From the NCBI GenBank assembly GCA_965219085.1, contig OZ244720.1, positions 3,168,001-3,232,000 of the forward strand: a stretch of DNA of 64,000 bases, written 5' to 3'. Position numbers and translations under genes: made by a program. Within the stretch, counting starts at the first letter, position 1; each line of letters opens with the position of its first letter. Under the pieces are notes generated by a model that worked only from the letters and a program-made list of their open reading frames with translations, searched no databases and was not told the DNA's origin. The DNA is from Dehalococcoidia bacterium. Its GTDB lineage: Bacteria; Chloroflexota; Dehalococcoidia; UBA2979. Shown here in pieces: positions 8,964-18,658 of the stretch.

Positions 8964-9455
8964 CTAGTCTCGGTGCAACCAGCGCAACGGCAGAAGTACG
9001 CCGCCCGCCTGGAACTCGTGGCCCTCCGGCGGTCGACGCTCGCCTGGCGTAACCGCGGTCCGGTCGACGTATACCTCGCCATCGCGGACCTCGACGGCAA
9101 GGCGATCGAGACCGCGCGGCAAGGAAACGCGCGGGTGCGTTTCGTGGCCCGCCAGGTCGTACGTGAACGGCCGGCATGTGTCGAGACACCAGCCCGTGCG
9201 GCCGTGGAGCGAGAAGTCCGGGCGGTACGCCACGACGCACTCAGGGTCGGGATGGGGAACCCTGGCGACCAGCGCTGGGAGCTTGCCGGCGTCAACACGA
9301 ACGACGTGAAACGCCAACGGCTCGACGGCGTCGCCGAAGGGCGTGACCGAACCCGGAGGGAAGTCCTCGATGGAGCCCACGTCGACCCATGGATCCTTGC
9401 CTATCCACACGACGTTCCAGACCGGCGCCCTGGCTGAGGCGGTGAGCAGGCGCAT
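8964..9455 (-). CDS. Rieske-fold-like protein with degenerate metal ligands (possibly a pseudogene)
   Basis: WVDVGSIEDFPPGSV...TYDLAG...PRGLDRLAVEVRDGEVYVD; CxH and CxxH boxes not intact. Confidence 0.5.
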   Translation of the reverse strand: MRLLTASARAPVWNVVWIGKDPWVDVGSIEDFPPGSVTPFGDAVEPLAFHVVRVDAGKLPALVARVPHPDPECVVAYRPDFSLHGRTGWCLDTCRPFTYDLAGHETHPRVSLPRGLDRLAVEVRDGEVYVDRTAVTPGERRPPEGHEFQAGGVLLPLRWLHRD

Positions 9456-9543
9456 ATCGTCTGAGCAGAAATGCTGCCGGTGTCGCTACACTGGATGCCC
9501 AGCAACGACACCGCCCGGTGTCTGTCACACAAGGACGGCAGAG

Positions 9544-10101
9544 ATGGCCGAATGGTGGGAGGGGCTTACTGGCCCCCTCCAGGCGTTCTACATGATCGGG
9601 CTCGTCGCCGCCGCGTTGCTGGCCCTGCAGCTCCTGCTGCTCGCCTTCGGGTTCGGCGGCGATTTCGAGCTGGGTGACGATGCCGGACTCTCCGGGGCTG
9701 TGTCGTTCCGAGGGCTGACCGCGTTCTTCTTCGTGTTCGGCTGGGTCGGCGTGCTCATGGAGGAGACGAACGCGCCGCTCCCCGCCTCCGTGGCCGTTGC
9801 CGGCGTGGCCGGAGCGCTGGCCATGGCGGGTGCGGTCATCATGTGGCGCAAATTCGCCAGCCTCGAGGCGGACGGCTCTCTCGACTACGCCACTGCGGTT
9901 GGAACCGTTGGGAGTGTCTACGTCACTGTTTCCGACGAACGCGCCCGCCCGGGGAAGATCATGGTCATGGTGCAGGGCCGGCTTCGGGAGGTGGCCGCCT
10001 TCGCGGAGCCAGGCAGTGGCGCAGTGGCGCCCGGAGCGCGCGTCGAAGTCGTCGACACCATCGACCCGTCCACCGTGCTGGTTCGCCCGCTCTCGGGTTG
10101 A
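9544..10101 (+). CDS. NfeD-like membrane protein
   Basis: Hydrophobic N-terminal helices, C-terminal OB fold (AVGTVGSVYVTV..GKIMVMVQGRLRE); lies upstream of flotillin. Confidence 0.82.
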   Translation: MAEWWEGLTGPLQAFYMIGLVAAALLALQLLLLAFGFGGDFELGDDAGLSGAVSFRGLTAFFFVFGWVGVLMEETNAPLPASVAVAGVAGALAMAGAVIMWRKFASLEADGSLDYATAVGTVGSVYVTVSDERARPGKIMVMVQGRLREVAAFAEPGSGAVAPGARVEVVDTIDPSTVLVRPLSG

Positions 10102-10154
10102 CGAGCCAAAACGTCGTCTCAGTCTGTGCGCACAGACACAGAAAGGAACCTCCT

Positions 10155-11615
10155 GTGGAAACTATCGTATTAGTGAGCGGGCTTGCCGCGATCGTGCTGA
10201 TCGCCGTGCTATCCATCGCGTCGCGCTACAAGCGTTGCCCGTCAGACCGCGTGCTCGTCATCTACGGGCGCGTAGGCGAAGAGGGCGAATCGGCACGCTG
10301 CCTCCACGGCGGGGGCGCGCTGGTGTGGCCGATCGTTCAAGGGCACGAGTTCCTGGACCTCACCCCGCTGCCCATCGAGATCAAGTTGGAAGGCGCGCTG
10401 TCCCAGCAGAATATCCGGGTCAACACGCCGGCCACGTTCACTGTCGGCATCTCCACCGAGCCCGGCGTGATGCAGAACGCCGCCGAGCGGTTGCTGGGAC
10501 TCGGATTGGATGATATCGAGAGCCTGGCCCAGGACATCATCTTCGGTCAGATGCGCGTGGTCATCGCCACGATGAACATCGAGGAGATCAACGCCGACCG
10601 AGAGAAGCTGATCACCAACATCACCGAATCGCTCGAGGTCGAGCTGGCCAAGGTCGGATTGCGCCTCATCAACGTCAACATTCAGGACGTGACCGACGCA
10701 TCCGGCTACATCGACGCCCTTGGCCAGGAAGCTGCGGCGCGTGCCATCAATGACGCGAAGGTCAGGGTCGCCGAGCAGGAGCGCGACGGCGAGATCGGCG
10801 CCGCCGAAGCACATACCGCGCGCCGCGTGCGGGTCGCCCAGGAGAACGCGACCGCCACTGAGGGAGAGAACGAATCGCGAGTGGTTGTCGCCAATTCGGA
10901 TAGTGCGCGCCGCCAGCAGGAGGCGGACGCCGAGCGGGGCGCGGTCGCTGCTGAGCGGGTGGCATCCGCAGCTGCCGAGGAAGAGTCGTTTGCCGCCGAG
11001 GCCACTGCCGAGGAAGCCCGCGCCGCGCGCGACAGGGCCACGCAGCACGCGGACTCCGTCGTTCCCGCTGAAGTGGAAAAGGAGCGGATTCGCGTCCTCG
11101 CCGAAGCCGCCGCCCTGCGTGTCAGCATCACCCAGGAGGGTGAAGCCACAGGCAACCTCAAGCTCATGGAAGCCGAGGCCGACGGCCAGAAGGCGATCCT
11201 GTCCAAGCGCGCCGAAGGCATCAAGGACCTCGTCGCGGCGGCGGGGAACAACCCCGGGGATGCCGTTCTGCTGCTGCTGGCCGAACAAATGCCGGCTCTG
11301 GTGGAGCACCAGGCGAAGGCGATCTCCGGGATCGACATCGACAAGATCGTCGTCTGGGATAGCGGCGCATCCCGTGGCGCTGGCGCCAACGGCACCACCG
11401 CCGACTTCCTGCGCAGCTTCGGCGCCATTCTTCCCCCGCTCCACGAGCTCGCCGCGAGCGCCGGCATGGAACTGCCCGCGTTCCTCGGATCCGTCGCGCC
11501 GACCGATGGCGTCAATCCGCACGATCTCGCGGGAGCAGCGGACGGCGAAGGCGCCGACGGACCGGATGGCGACGACACGCTTGATCGCATGGGAGCCGCG
11601 GACAACGACCAGTAG
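10155..11615 (+). CDS. Flotillin/SPFH (band 7) family protein
   Basis: N-terminal TM, RYKRCPSDRVLVIYG, SPFH domain, Ala/Glu-rich coiled coil; GTG start with GAAAGGA RBS. Confidence 0.92.
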   Translation: METIVLVSGLAAIVLIAVLSIASRYKRCPSDRVLVIYGRVGEEGESARCLHGGGALVWPIVQGHEFLDLTPLPIEIKLEGALSQQNIRVNTPATFTVGISTEPGVMQNAAERLLGLGLDDIESLAQDIIFGQMRVVIATMNIEEINADREKLITNITESLEVELAKVGLRLINVNIQDVTDASGYIDALGQEAAARAINDAKVRVAEQERDGEIGAAEAHTARRVRVAQENATATEGENESRVVVANSDSARRQQEADAERGAVAAERVASAAAEEESFAAEATAEEARAARDRATQHADSVVPAEVEKERIRVLAEAAALRVSITQEGEATGNLKLMEAEADGQKAILSKRAEGIKDLVAAAGNNPGDAVLLLLAEQMPALVEHQAKAISGIDIDKIVVWDSGASRGAGANGTTADFLRSFGAILPPLHELAASAGMELPAFLGSVAPTDGVNPHDLAGAADGEGADGPDGDDTLDRMGAADNDQ

Positions 11616-11778
11616 ACAGCGTGCATCCATTTGCGTAGCCCCCTGCCGTGGTGTCTTCGCGGCAGGGCTACGCGAATCCCCTCGACGAGCGATGACGCCG
11701 AGAGGCGCAATCCCGCGGGCGGGCCGGCCGAGCAAAGGCATCCGTAAGGCGGACCATCGCACCACCTCGGTCCACCAA

Positions 11779-11824
11779 AAGACCGGCAGCGACGGCGCAC
11801 CAAGACCGGCAGCGACGGCGCACC
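11779..11824 (+). repeat. 23-bp perfect tandem duplication
   Basis: AAGACCGGCAGCGACGGCGCACC twice. Confidence 0.9.
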
Positions 11825-11854
11825 GCTACCGGCTCCCTGTCGCAGCGCTTGGCT

Positions 11855-12035
11855 TACCTCCAACCGCCCAGAGGTCGTGGAAGTCCTTCATCCGTGTGTT
11901 CGTGATGGCCAGGCGGACCATCGTCTCGAACTTCTCGGCCGCGACCGTCTCGCGTGGGGACGTCCTCAGCCGTGGGGCGGGAAAGTCGAGGAGTGTTGGG
12001 AATTCGGCCTCGATCGCGCTTGGAGTCACGCCGGA
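11855..12035 (-). pseudogene. AbiEii-like nucleotidyltransferase toxin fragment
   Basis: EFPTLLDFPAPRLRTSPRETVAAEKFETMVRLAITNTRMKDFHDL. Confidence 0.75.
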
Positions 12036-12619
12036 TCGTTCTCCACCGCGGCGAGGCTCGCCGCACGGCCGCGCTCGGCCCGGCCACACCGCTACGATCA
12101 CCGCCACTGTCACGCCGCCATCGGAGGCCTTCCTCCCATCAGCCGTATCGACAACCCGCCAGAGCACCCGCCCAGGGGGCGACCTCCTCCTCGATGAGAT
12201 CGTCGGCGATGCCGGCGACGCCACTGATGAACCCGGCATCGGCCCCGCCGGGCGCCGCCGGGCGCATACGCTATTGCCCGCTGGCGGTGCGGCAGCGGCT
12301 CCATCGCCCCACCGGCGGCGGTCTCGGCCGCGGCCGTGAGTCCACAACCAGCCAGATGAGCGGGCGCTCGCGCCTGTCATCGATCCCAGCGATGAACGCT
12401 CAGGCGCCCACGAGGAACGAGAGCGCCACTGTCACGAGACATACAAGGAATTGCCGGGACCAGCGATCCGTGAACGTCTGCTGAGCTTTCGCTGCGGCGC
12501 GCGGGTGCAGACCCCACTCGATGTCGAGCATCGCCTTCACGTCCACTGATGCCGCGCCTTGACGCGCACTCGGCGGCTTTGTCTGCGGCCCGGCCGGGGG
12601 GCCGCTCCGATCAGCCGGA

Positions 12620-12915
12620 CTACGGGAGCCGGAAGGACCGTATTTCGATGGTCACGACCGCACCATCGCGATAGCCGTAGATCTCCATGAAGCCGGAAGT
12701 CACGTCTCCTGCGGCGTTCCAGTCGAGCGGGGTTGCTGCGCCCTCGTAGTTGATGTGCTGGCCGCTCCGGACAGCGTTGAGAGCAGCCTGGACGCCTGCG
12801 GCATCGGCTATGAACACGCTGCCCGGAGGCCCTGAGATGCGCACAAGCTGGTCGCGGATGGCGGCGCCGTCAGTCGAGCCCGCGGCCTCGGCGGCGAGGG
12901 CGATCGCGACCACGG
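12620..12915 (-). pseudogene. C-terminal fragment of a branched-chain amino acid ABC substrate-binding protein
   Basis: IALAAEAAGSTDGAAIRDQL...INYEGAATPLDWNAAGDV; N-terminus absent. Confidence 0.75.
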
Positions 12916-12929
12916 CAGCGACCCCTTCC

Positions 12930-13164
12930 AGCCAGACATCTCCTTGGCGGTCCAGTCGCCATAGATGCGGCGCGTTGTCACGGTGCCGTACTTGGCAGCC
13001 CCGGCCAGCACGTGCTCCACGGACCAGTGCGATACGAGGATGACCCCTTCGAAGTTCTTTCCAAGGAACCGCCCGAGGCTGACAGCGACCGCCTCGGCGT
13101 CGATACGGCCGCTCAAGCCGAGGTCTTGCCGCAGCGCGGCGCCCCGTTGCTGCGCCCGGTTCAT
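12930..13164 (-). pseudogene. Possible ImmA/IrrE-like N-terminal fragment
   Basis: AALRQDLGLSGRIDAEAVAVSLG resembles ImmA N-termini; no HExxH remains. Confidence 0.3.
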
Positions 13165-13299
13165 CCCGCGCCTCGCGGCTTCCAGTCGTCGGGATCCGTT
13201 GCGCGGAACTCGATGATAGCTGCGGTCACGTCAGTCCGTGCGCTCAGTGCACACGGTCTCTGCGCCGCGGAGTCACCGATGCCCGCGCAACCCATTGGG

Positions 13300-14580
13300 C
13301 GACCGAGTTCTCGGCGCCAGCGTCCCCGCCTGCGTCGACTACAGGCGGCCCGTCACTCCTGGCGACTAACGGCGCCATGGGGGGCAGACCGTCGGCAAAC
13401 AGCTCGATGAATTCGCGATTCACGAAGTCCGGCGCTCCGAGGATGTAGGACACCCACTCCCCCTCGGCGAGGGCATAGAGGGCCGAGACGCCGAGCGCAG
13501 TCCTCAAGTGACTCGATGCTGCCGCCCCCGTAGACGACGAAGCTGAAGCCGATCGTGATCTCGCCGTGCGGGCAACTCGACCCCCGCAGGATCACGCGCT
13601 CCTTGTCGGTGACAGCGCCGGTGAAGGGATCCGCACTTGGAGGCCCGTTGCTCCCGGCGATTAGCGGCGTCACGGGCGGGATACCGTCCGCGTACAGCTC
13701 GCGGAAGTCCGCGTTCACGAAGTCGGGCGCGCCGACGATGTAGGGCGCGTAGACGCCGTTATCCAGCACATAGACGGCTACGACGTACCTGTTCACGGCG
13801 CAGACCACGAAGTCCTCAAGGCCGCCCCCTTTGTAGATGCCAAGACTGAAGCCCTCGAGCACATCGCCGCGGAAGCAGTCGGAGGCGGGGTCGCCAGGCG
13901 CTTCGTGCGCTGGACCGCACACGGTAGACACGCGTGCGATTCCCGTCGGCCGAGGTCACGGTGACGGTGATCTCGGAGCCCGCCGCCAAGGGCACCTGGT
14001 GGCCGTTCTCCGGGTCCTGGTCGGCATCCGAAGGTCTGATCACGACCGTCGCCCGGCGCTGCGTTGCCTCTGCCTCCACCGTCGTGGAGGACCCGATCGT
14101 CCGGAACGGCCCGTCCCCGCAAGTTGTGACGTACCGCATCCAGTTGCGCCGGCGTCCGAATCTCGATCAGCCCATCCCCGTCACTGTCGTAGTCCTTACC
14201 CACGGTCACGGTGAATCGCTGCGTTGCGCTCGAGTTGGACCCGCTCGCGTCTGTCGCCGAGACCGTGATGATCGACCGGCCCGCGGCGCCCGGCGTGATC
14301 GTGACCATCGAGATCGACACGCTCACCGTGGCGACGGAGGTCGAGGATGACGACGCCGTGTACGTCAGTGCGTCGCCGTCCGGCCCCTGAACGCGGCCGA
14401 CACGTCCACCACGACCGCGCTGGCGCCCAGAAGGAGCGTGCGGTCAGGCGGCCGCCGCTCAACGAAGGCCGCGGTCCGAACCCGACGACACAGCTCCCCG
14501 TGCTCCCAGAATCACCGGTGGTGGTTGTGGGCGGCACCGAGCCACGTCTGCCGGGCCTCCGTGGTCGTCGCCAGCCCTGA
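13300..14580 (-). pseudogene. Fragmented large surface protein (Ig/cadherin-like domains plus tandem C-terminal domain)
   Basis: ITVSATDASG, DYDSDGDGLIEIRTPAQLDAVRH, EITVTVTSADG, and two GFSxxxYxGG...YILGAPDFVN units homologous to 23380-23905; spread over several frames. Confidence 0.75.
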
Positions 14581-14794
14581 GCGTCGCTGCGCCCGTTCGT
14601 CATGCCATCGACATTGGGCTGGTAGCCGCGGTTGAGTAGAGCGCTGCTCACGGCGTCCTAGCAGAACAAGAGCGTGCGAACGCCTGAGGGTGTCCGCCTC
14701 GCGGGCGCGGCCGACACAGTGGTTCCCCCGATTGTTGCGATCGCGCGTGGCCTGGCACCGGGGGTAGGTTCGCCGGCATTGTGCGTCCGAATCC

Positions 14795-15005
14795 GGTCGA
14801 CGCTGCCGAGCAGGGGCTCGGGGCCGCCATCGGGCGCCCGGCGCTGATTGCGGACGAGCTCGCGCAGGGGGTGCTGGTTCCCGTGCTCGAGCAGCAGGCC
14901 GACGCCCCCGAGCGCTGCTGCCTCATCACCACCGCAGGCCCGCGGCGCAAACCAGAAGTCCAAGGCGTTCCGCCGGTGGATCATCGAGCAAGCCCAATCC
15001 CCGAC
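14795..15005 (+). pseudogene. LysR substrate-binding domain C-terminal fragment
   Basis: AAEQGLGAAIGRPALIADELAQGVLVPVL...PEV/KAFRRWIIEQA. Confidence 0.65.
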
Positions 15006-17525
15006 GCATCCAACGCGAGCACCTGTAGCCCGCAGCCCAGCACCCCGCCGCACCCCCAACGCAGTCCGCCAGCTGACACCAGCCCGCGATACGAGCCGAC
15101 AGCCAAGTAGGCACCCGTGCGGGGCGCGGGCGCCGCGGTGCAGCTCTCCCGGGCTCGATGATCTCCCTTGTTCGCGGGAACTCGCTCGTCTCGCTGGCCA
15201 AGGCTGCATTGGCCTGTGACCGATATATCTTATGTCATTGACCACGCGCATGTCCTCCTGTCCGATTCCTTCCGCGCAAGCGTTCCTGCGGGCCGAGTCG
15301 TGGAGGTTCCAGAGGTGCGTTCCAGGCGAACCCCGACCTGGGGCCTACCTCAGAAAGCGGGGTCAGCGGCAGCGCGTCCAGCGCCACCGTGCCTGCCGCC
15401 TGTAGCAGGATCAGTGGGTTGGCCGCACAGGATTTGAGCGACCCGAGCCGGCAATGCGCGACCTGTCTGTCCTGAGCTTCACCGACTACCCCAGCGGCTC
15501 TGCTGTGCTAGTCGATGATTCGGCGATCCAGATCATCACGACTGAACCAGGACCCACCTAATGGGCCAACCATCTTTGCGGGAGATTATGCGCACATCAA
15601 CTCCGTCCAATTGATCGATGGCCAGATCGTCACCTCGCTGCGTGGGTGTTCGAAGGTGCTGGGTATCGATGCGGAAAGCGGTGACGTGTTATGGCGGGTC
15701 GGCCGGAGCAACCTGAGCGAGGAGAAATGAGTCGCTCGCGACATCGGCCCAGCGTCGCTGTCCGTCGTCAACGATCCCGTGGGCGACTTCTGCGGACAGC
15801 ACGCGGCCCAGATTCTGCCAAACGGCAACCTCCTGCTGTATGACAACGGTGTTGAGTGCGTGTTCAGTCCATGGACGTTCGTTAGGATTGGCCGGGAGGG
15901 TAATGAGTACAGCCGGGCCGTGGAGTACGCGCTGGACTTCGTACACAACGAAGCCGTCTTTATGAGGGAGCACTCTCAGGACGGGGCGAAGAGCTACCTC
16001 GGATATTCCTCGGGCGGGGTCTCTGGGTTGCCCAATGGAGACTGGCTGATCCACTGGGGGTGGGTGGCGCCGAACGTCACCAGATCGGCAACAGCGGTCA
16101 CCCAGGTCGATCCTGCGACGGGCGAAGAGGAAGTTCGAGCTCCGGATCACCGACGCGAGCATGGACGAGCGAGACCGTCAGGCCGTTTCCCGCACGCCCG
16201 CCGAAGCACTGGCGCCGCAGCCGCAGCCGCTCGGGGCGACGCTGCCCCCGAGCGCTTTCACTTCGGTCTTCCACACCGGCACGAGCGACTCGCCGCAGGT
16301 CGCGGTCGCTTTCAACCGGCCCGTGGTCGACTTCGCCGCCGCCACGCCGTCGGTCACGGTCAGCGGCGCGAGCGTCAGCTCCCACGTCGTGGTCGGCGAA
16401 GCGGCCAACGCCTACATCTTCACGCTGACTCCAACGGGCAGTGGCGACATCACCTTCAGCCTGGTCGCGAACACGCCCTGCGACCCTGACGGCATCTGCA
16501 CCGCGGACGGCGCGGTGCTTTCCGAGGTTCCCGCGCCCCTGGTGATCCAGCCGCAGCCGACACTGAGCCTGACGGCCGATAGCACCGCAATCGCAGAGGC
16601 CGACGGGGGTGTAGCCGCGATCACCAACGGCATCACCCCCCCGACCCGCAGCAGATCGTGCTCTCCTTATCGGGCAGCGCCACGGCGGGCAGGGACTTCA
16701 CCTTCACCGACGCTGGGGGCCGGACGTTCACGAACCCCTTCTTGCTCAAGCTGCCGAGCGGGCAGAGCTCAGTCACGGGCGTCATCACCGCCGTCAACGA
16801 CAGCCGCGACGAGGGCGATGAGACGATCAGCGTCGAGGCCACCTACGCGGGGGCCACGATCGGCTCTGCGGTCACCGTGACCGCCAGCGACGATGACGCT
16901 GCGCCGGGGCCCGAGTTGGAGTCGCTCGCAGTTACGACGCCCTCGAGCCGGTCACTGTATCCGTCGTTCGACCCCGGCGTGCTCCACTATGCGGTTGGCT
17001 GCGAGAGTGTGGACCACGTTCTGCAGCTGAGCCTGTCGGCGAAGGACGCCGCTGTGCGACTCGCCGTCGACAGCATCCAGAGCGCGAGCCGCGATGCCAC
17101 GGTCAGGCGAAGCGGCCTGCACGCTGAGAGCGACATCGTGATCAGCCTCAGCGATGGTAGTGGCCAACATCGGACATACACGGTGCACTGTCTCGACGAC
17201 GACTTCCCCCAGGTCCGAGTGGAGAGACAGCCGCGAGCCTGGGACGGATTGTTGATGGGGACGTATGGCCCAGGCAGGAACGCCAGTTGGGCGTACTTGT
17301 GGATGATGGACAACAACGGCGTCCCCTGGCTTCGCCAGCGGCTTCCGAGCAGCCACGGCAGCCAATTTCAATTATCTTGGGAACGGTACGTATCCGTACG
17401 GGTACGTCGCCCGGGACACTACCACCGGTCTTCACGCGCAGTTGCTGGACGAGCATCTGCAACCTGCGGTCAAGGTGACGACGGGTGATGGGCATGTGAC
17501 CGGACCCCCTTCGCGAGTCCACCGC

Positions 17526-18350
17526 TTATGAGAGTCCAGCGTGTAGCTGAGTCTCCCAGCGCTCGGCGTAGGCAGCCGGAGCGAGCCAGCCCAGGCTGCT
17601 ATGCGGGCGCTTCGTGTTGTACTCGATCCGCCAGTCCTCGAGCAGCACCTGCGCCTCAAGCAGGCTGTCGAACTGCTCGACCGCCAGGAACTCGTCGCGC
17701 AGCCGGCCGTTGAACGACTCCACGTATGGGTTCTCCCACGGCGCACCGGGCTCGATGTAGCTGCTGCCCGTGCCGCTGAACCGGCACCAGTCGCGCAGCG
17801 CGTTGGCCGTGAGCTCGGGCCCATTGTCGCAACGGATGTACCCAGGCGCCGTCCCGCGCCGGGCGACGATCCCGTCGAGCGTTGAGGCCGTGGCGTCGGC
17901 GTTGATGCTCCTGGCGGCCACGATCGCCAGCGCCTCCCGTGTGTGCTCGTCGACGATGTTGAGCAGCTTCAGGACCCGCCCGTCCGCGGTCTGGTCGAAC
18001 TGGAATTCCAGCGCCCAGACGTGGTTCGGCCGCTCAGCGCGCAGCCTGGCGGCGGGCACCGCCGAGTCCCCCAGGCGCTGACGCTTGCGTCGTTTCACCG
18101 GGACGCGCAGCCCTTCCTCACGCCAGAGCCGTTGCACCCGCTTGCGATTCACGCCCCATCCCTCCTCGCGTAAGGTCGCCCAGGCCCGGCGGTAGCCCCA
18201 GCGGGGGTGGCCACGCGAGAAGGCGTGGAGTTCCGCGCGCAGCGCGTCGTCGCCGCGGCCGCGCGTCGGGAGGCGGCGCTGTGTGGAGCGGTGCTGGCCG
18301 GTGACCCGGCATGCCCGCCGTTCCGACAACTCGAGGCGGTCCTGCAACAT
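17526..18350 (-). CDS. IS3 OrfB (DDE integrase core); probably fused to OrfA by -1 frameshifting
   Basis: WGYRR, HVWALEF, DNGPE, PWENPYVESFNGRLRDE; slippery GGGAAAC at the end of OrfA; the usual first catalytic D appears as E (WALEF). Confidence 0.9.
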   Translation of the reverse strand: MLQDRLELSERRACRVTGQHRSTQRRLPTRGRGDDALRAELHAFSRGHPRWGYRRAWATLREEGWGVNRKRVQRLWREEGLRVPVKRRKRQRLGDSAVPAARLRAERPNHVWALEFQFDQTADGRVLKLLNIVDEHTREALAIVAARSINADATASTLDGIVARRGTAPGYIRCDNGPELTANALRDWCRFSGTGSSYIEPGAPWENPYVESFNGRLRDEFLAVEQFDSLLEAQVLLEDWRIEYNTKRPHSSLGWLAPAAYAERWETQLHAGLS

Positions 18351-18379
18351 GCAGACTGCCTCGCGCCGGCGCGACGGGC

Positions 18380-18658
18380 TTACCAGTTTCCCCGGGCGAT
18401 CTCCTTGAGCGCGTCGATCTCGAGTTCCTTGTCGGCGACGATCCGCTTCAGCCGGGCGTTCTCGCGTTCCAGCTCGCGCAGCCGTTTGGCGTCGTCGGCC
18501 TTCATCGCGCCGTACTGGTTGCGCCAGCGGTGGTAGGTCTGCTCCGAGATCTCGACCTGCTTCGCCGCCTCGGCGATCGTCTGCCCCTCACCGAGCAGCC
18601 GCTCCACCTCGCGCAGCTTGCGCACGATCTGCTCGGGCGTGTGCCTGCGTCGTTTCAC
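18380..18658 (-). CDS. IS3 OrfA (HTH)
   Basis: RHTPEQIVRKLRE...ISEQTYHRWRNQYG...LERENARLK. Confidence 0.92.
   Translation of the reverse strand: MKRRRHTPEQIVRKLREVERLLGEGQTIAEAAKQVEISEQTYHRWRNQYGAMKADDAKRLRELERENARLKRIVADKELEIDALKEIARGNW

Noticed and set aside
11779-11824. 23-bp repeat as a possible CRISPR array
   Set aside because: Only two adjacent copies, no spacer and no cas genes; a simple tandem duplication.
12040-12560. Possible membrane-protein fragments
   Set aside because: Short hydrophobic stretches broken by stops, with no recognisable family.
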